This document shows positions 59,440 to 64,000 of a stretch of 64,000 nt of DNA, piece by piece; positions within the stretch are counted from its first letter, which is position 1; each line of letters begins with the position of its first letter. This stretch comes from Lophium mytilinum (Eukaryota). The notes beneath the pieces are model-generated. The model searched no databases, was not told where the DNA came from, and saw only the letters and a list, made by a program, of their open reading frames with translations. The stretch lies in the NCBI GenBank assembly GCA_010093605.1, contig MU004184.1, positions 64,179 through 128,178 of the forward strand, read 5' to 3'. Position numbers and translations under genes: made by a program.

Positions 59440-61310
59440 TTGGGGCACCTCTAACAGTGGCATTTGTCGCTCAAATAGCACTCCAGGATGCTTCGATCTG
59501 TAATATATCGTCGCTAGAATCCCACAGGCGCGTAATTCAAAGTCCTTGAAATTCTAGCTCCCAGATCACGTGCTGACAGCTGCGACATGCCTTCCTGGGG
59601 CTGGTGACTATGTTGGGCCACCCCAAACGGCGCTATCAGGGCCACAAACAACCAAATCTTCTGCCTTGATAGGAAGGGGGCTGCGAAATCATCCTACTGA
59701 ACGGATCAATCTGCCAAGAACCTGTTTCTCGTCGTCTCGCCTCCGACATCGAAGCTGATTATCCCCCTATATGCTGAGCCACCTCAAACAGTTTTTGTGA
59801 GGAGATCAGACGGACGAGAGTCGTGCTGTTGATTGGTTGGTGTAGTAAAATCATGGTGCTTTGAACAAGGACTTTATAAGGTTCCGATTCTTGGTTCCCT
59901 TCTTTCAACATTGAGGCTGATTGCCTAGCAGTATGTTGAGCTACCTCACACACTGCTACACGGGCATCAAATCGACGAGAACCGTAGCCTAAACCGGACG
60001 GGACAGCGGAATCATTGAAACTTAAGGCCGGATTCGTCGAGGTCCTGATTCTTGGGTGTCTGCTTTTGTCATCGACGCTATTTGTCTAGCGGCACGTTGA
60101 GCCACTTTAGACGGCACTGCTACGGGAGCAGATGGTCGAGTACAATGCTGCTAAATGGGTGGGCTAGCAGAAATATAATGTTTCTAGCACGGATTCGGCA
60201 TGGTCCTAATTCGTGGGTGCTCGTTTTTAACAATGAAGCTGATCGCCGCATAGCATGTTACGCCACTCCAGACGGTACTATTCCAAGCACAATTCAACGA
60301 GCATGTGTCCCCCAAACAGGAGGTTCACGAAAATGTGGTGTTTGCAATGATAAACGAGGCAAAGTTCCAATTTTGCAGCTTTTGACATCAACGTCAACTA
60401 TCTGAAAGCGTGATGAGCAACTTCAGACGATCCCAAGAGGCTGGCAAAGTGGGAATCATTTACTTCTGAACTAGAAGGGCTACAGGAATACGTTGCTCTG
60501 AATCATGAACGAGGCAAGGACCTCATCTCTGCGGTCCTGCTTTTGACATCGAAATTGACGGCCCAGGCCTATTATGAGCTACTCCAGACGATGCTAAGGT
60601 GATAGCAAGCGAATAGGAATACCGCTCCCATCTCGCTAATAGGCGAAAAAGTGAACAAGGTCTCGAATCACATGCCCGTGCTTTTCACATCCTATTAAAA
60701 AAAAAGTCATTAGCCTGGCCACTTTCAGACGATACAGTTACGCCCTGAAAGCGACGGACAATCTGGACCTTCCAATCTCTACGCCCGCGCTTTTGACATG
60801 CTATACGGCTATTTTCTGATGGCCTGGAACACCTCAGACGGTCACATCGTGAGTGCAATTGCCCGAGAATTCTGCTCGTGCTCCAAGTATAAGAAGACGT
60901 CTTGATTCACGCTCCCGCGCCCTTTGCATCCAATCAGGATATTTTAGCAGGCTAAGCCACCTCAGACGGCTCTAAGAAGGGTACAAGCGCCTGGATGTAC
61001 GGGCCTTTCAATGTGTGCACTTATGCTTTTGACATTAGATGTGAGATTTTCTTCGTGCGTTTAGCCACCTCAGACGGTCCGATGACAGTTCCAAATGCTT
61101 GAGAAACCGGCCATTCTGATTCAAGTGGCTATAACTTTGACATCTAGTATGGAATTCTTCAGTAGGTCGAGCCACTTCAGACGGTACGATGACAGTTCCA
61201 AATGCTTCAGAAACCAGCCCTTCTAATTCAAGTAGCCATGCTCTTAACATGGGTCATGGGATTTCTTTAGTAGGTTGAGCCACTTCAGACGGTACTATAA
61301 CAAGTGCAAA
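59440..61310. repeat. Degenerate tandem array C, about 12-14 units of 107-172 bp
   Basis: Core gccacYtcagacgg at ~59617, 59778, 59940, 60101, 60262, 60417, 60578, 60718, 60829, 60956, 61064, 61171 and 61279. Most cores are preceded by gcttttgacat. Confidence 0.88.
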
Positions 61311-61480
61311 AGCTGAGTCACAGTATTGCATATCAGCCTCTTAATTTTAGACGTTCACTTTTCAAATTCATATTAGGTTCACCACACAGCGCATGCTACG
61401 ACACTGTATGTTCGAAGAAGATCAATTGTGCAAAGAAACAACCACATAAAGCCCACGCCGCCTGCCCACAACCACCACTC

Positions 61481-62974
61481 TTACGCCCACTTCCAGAACA
61501 AGTCCACAAAGTCGGCCACCTCGATGTCGTCTACTTCCACCATTTCCAGCATCTCGTCCACCCTGTCGTCTCCGAAGTCCCCCTTCTGCATGTTCTTCCG
61601 GAACTTCTCTCCGACCATCAACGCCGTGTCCTCCCTCTTTGGGTGCCCAACTGGGAATTCCACCACCTTTTCTGGGACCTCCGCGTCCACGCCCAGCAGC
61701 AACTTGATCCCATTTGCCGCACTCCGTGTCCTCTCGTCGTCGTAACCCCGCGTGAACTCTTCATCCTCAACAACAATCATTCTTCCCCTAAGCGCTTCCA
61801 CTCTCGGGTCTCTCGCCCACGCGCTGTCGTCTTCGTAGTCCTCTTCTTCCACCATTTCCCCCTCCAGCAACAAAACCACCGCCACCACGTACCCCAAATC
61901 ACCCCTCCGCCCGACCCCACTCCCGCCCCCACAACTCCTCTTCCCCGCCCTCGTCGTCCGCAACACCACGTTTTGCACGTCTTTCTCGACGCTGAGGCCC
62001 ATCTCCAGCAGCATGCCCACCAACCCCACCGCCGCTTCCACCGCCGAAACAGCCCACCACGCGGCCGGCACCAGCTGGAAGTACGCGTTCTTCTCCAAAC
62101 TCCCATACACTCCCGGCAGTCTTACGTCCATTCCCCCCAACACCGCGTCCTGCACTCCCCAACCTTCCGCCCCAAGAACCATCGGAACGCCAGGCTGCCC
62201 CCGCTGCGCCAACAGCGCGTGCTGCACCGCGCGTGCGCCCGCGTCGGCGACTTCCCAGCTCTTTCTGCCGGATCCAGGCACGCGGAGGGCGCCAGCGTCG
62301 GCCCACGCGTTGGAAAGAGCGGCGAGAGCGTCTTCTTCCGAGAGCTCGAGGAGGTGAGACACACACGCCGTGGCGGCGACGTTGGCGAGCAGGGCCGGGG
62401 AGAGCGTGGGATTGTGGGCGGCCAGGCAGCCGTAGAGCTCGTAGGCCTCGATTTGGACGGTCAGGAGCGTTCGCAGCGACACGCCGGTTGGCGGCTCCGG
62501 GGAGGCGCTGGCGTGCGGGAGGGAGCTGACGGAGCTCGCGGTCGGGGTGGAGGATCCGGAGCGCGAGGACGGGGCTGGGCGGGTGCGGGTGCGGCTGAGC
62601 CAGTCTGCGGTTGCGAGGAGGGCGCCGAGGGTGGAGGAGGGGTGGCCTGGGGTGGTGGTGGGCGGGCCAGAGGTGCTGCCGTGGGGGTGGGTTATGAGAG
62701 CCCCGAGGTCGAAGGCGCCTTTGACAGGGTCGAGCTCGAAGCTGGTGCCGGGGAGGCGGAAGCCGCAGAGGACGGTGGTGCCGGGGACCATGGGGCCTAC
62801 GAGGCGGCGGTAGGTTGGGTCGGGCGAGGAGAGGTTGGCGATCGCGGTGCCGAGGGCGTCGAGGAGGGAGAGGCGCGCGAGGTCGTAGGCAGAGGCGGAG
62901 GTGATGGGCGCGTGGTGGATGTAGTCGAGGGTGTCTTGGAGGACGCGATCGTAGTCTGAAGCTTGGGCCGCCAT
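61481..62974 (-). CDS. prpD: MmgE/PrpD (2-methylcitrate dehydratase) family protein with a degenerate active site
   Basis: ARLSLLDALG, GFRLPGTSFELDPVKGAFDLG, GHPS, RKSW, DPRVEALR and VEFPVGHPKR. Confidence 0.88.
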   Translation of the reverse strand: MAAQASDYDRVLQDTLDYIHHAPITSASAYDLARLSLLDALGTAIANLSSPDPTYRRLVGPMVPGTTVLCGFRLPGTSFELDPVKGAFDLGALITHPHGSTSGPPTTTPGHPSSTLGALLATADWLSRTRTRPAPSSRSGSSTPTASSVSSLPHASASPEPPTGVSLRTLLTVQIEAYELYGCLAAHNPTLSPALLANVAATACVSHLLELSEEDALAALSNAWADAGALRVPGSGRKSWEVADAGARAVQHALLAQRGQPGVPMVLGAEGWGVQDAVLGGMDVRLPGVYGSLEKNAYFQLVPAAWWAVSAVEAAVGLVGMLLEMGLSVEKDVQNVVLRTTRAGKRSCGGGSGVGRRGDLGYVVAVVLLLEGEMVEEEDYEDDSAWARDPRVEALRGRMIVVEDEEFTRGYDDERTRSAANGIKLLLGVDAEVPEKVVEFPVGHPKREDTALMVGEKFRKNMQKGDFGDDRVDEMLEMVEVDDIEVADFVDLFWKWA

Positions 62975-63339
62975 CGTGAGGTTTGGTGATGGTGATCAGA
63001 CGGTTGTTGAAGGAGGTTGGAGGTTGGACGAGAAAGCTGAGGGCCTGGTGGGAATTTATATATCGGGTGAAGTGGATGAGGTTTGTGCGCCGACAACACA
63101 CGTGTGGGAAGGGACTGGTTGAATGTTGGGATTTGACGGCGGAGAAGTGTCCGTCGGTGAAGGTGGTAGCTGGTGTCGATCATCAATGAACCAAGGCCTT
63201 GAATGGAGCAGTCTGAGCGTCGATCTCTTAGGAGGGCTCCGATTGATATACAATTGAGCTTATTCTGACATTTCTTTGGTGGTGTACCGTGTGTCTTGGT
63301 TGACTAAGTAGAGGAGTATCAAGCATCCGCCACCTTTCG

Positions 63340-63880
63340 CCTGTTTTGTGGAGTGTAGGAGTGATGGAGGTGGAGGAGCCGCCAACCCTCTCTTATAGCT
63401 CTATTCGGAGCCACGAAATGCTACGGAGGAGGCGAACTCTTCGTAGCCGCTCTAGTTCTGCTCGATGTAACGTATTGCCACGAAGCAGGCAAGCTGTTTG
63501 TAGACTCTTGAAACAATGATTTGTGGAGTGTAGGAGTGATGGAGGCGGAGGAGCCTGAAAGCTCTCTTATAGTTCTGGTCGGAGCAACGACATGCTACGG
63601 AGCAGGCGAAGTATTCGTAGACGCCTGACGTGATGGTTTGTGGAGTGTAGGAGTGGTGGAGGTGGAAGAGTCGGAAGGCTCTCCTATAGTTCTGTTCAGA
63701 GTAACGAGATGCTACGAAGCAGGCGAGCTGTTCATAGACTCTTGACGCGATGATTCGTGGAGCGTAGAGGTAATGGAGGTGGAAGAGATGACAGCCTCCC
63801 TCAAAGTCCTGTCCGAAGTGATGACTTTTTACGGAGCAGGCGATTTGTCTGTAGACGCCTGACGTGACGAGCGGAGTTGT
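63340..63880. repeat. Tandem array D, 117-bp unit with A/B alternation
   Basis: tttgtggagtgtaggagtgatggaggtgga at 63345, 63520, 63637 and 63754. Confidence 0.88.
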
Positions 63881-64000
63881 AATGTGTCGGAATTCAGTCT
63901 TGCCAGAGTGGACAGGTGTGGAAGACACTTCTAGACACTTTAAATTCTTCGACGGCAATTACATTTTCCTTGATGCCATGAAAGAGACCAGGGACTTTGG

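Noticed and set aside
59440..61310. Array C as a CRISPR array
   Set aside because: The context is eukaryotic, there are no cas genes, the cores are degenerate, and the linkers are homologous to each other rather than unique spacers.
61304..62959. 551-aa + strand ORF and 400-aa overlapping - strand ORF
   Set aside because: These are shadow frames of the GC-rich PrpD gene with low-complexity translations.

Overview
Fungal (Pezizomycotina-like) genomic DNA with short GT-AG introns and CTRAC branch points. It holds about 23 supportable protein-coding loci and no recognisable rRNA, tRNA, CRISPR array or intact transposon. The left part (1-35 kb) encodes an F-box-like protein, a Zn2Cys6 transcription factor, a GH7 cellobiohydrolase, a small secreted protein, a protein with four FGKHKG-type repeats, a tannase/feruloyl esterase, a 2OG-Fe(II) oxygenase, a SNG1-like protein, a DExH helicase, a chromodomain protein and a SnoaL-like protein. 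The 35-56.5 kb region looks like an accessory or innate-immunity locus. Six paralogous BTB/POZ genes point inward around a core holding a HET-domain gene and a head-to-head pair: an uncharacterised C-terminally membrane-anchored protein and a trypsin-fold protease with a Cys nucleophile (GDCGS) fused to an entire Png1/PNGase. That pair is the best candidate for an undescribed system. The right end has an MFS transporter pseudogene and a PrpD paralog with an eroded active site. Five intergenic degenerate tandem arrays (about 108-210 bp units) occur, at least two of them related, and one lies next to an orphan PHO85 PSTAIRE fragment. All calls come from manual reading; no database searches were run.
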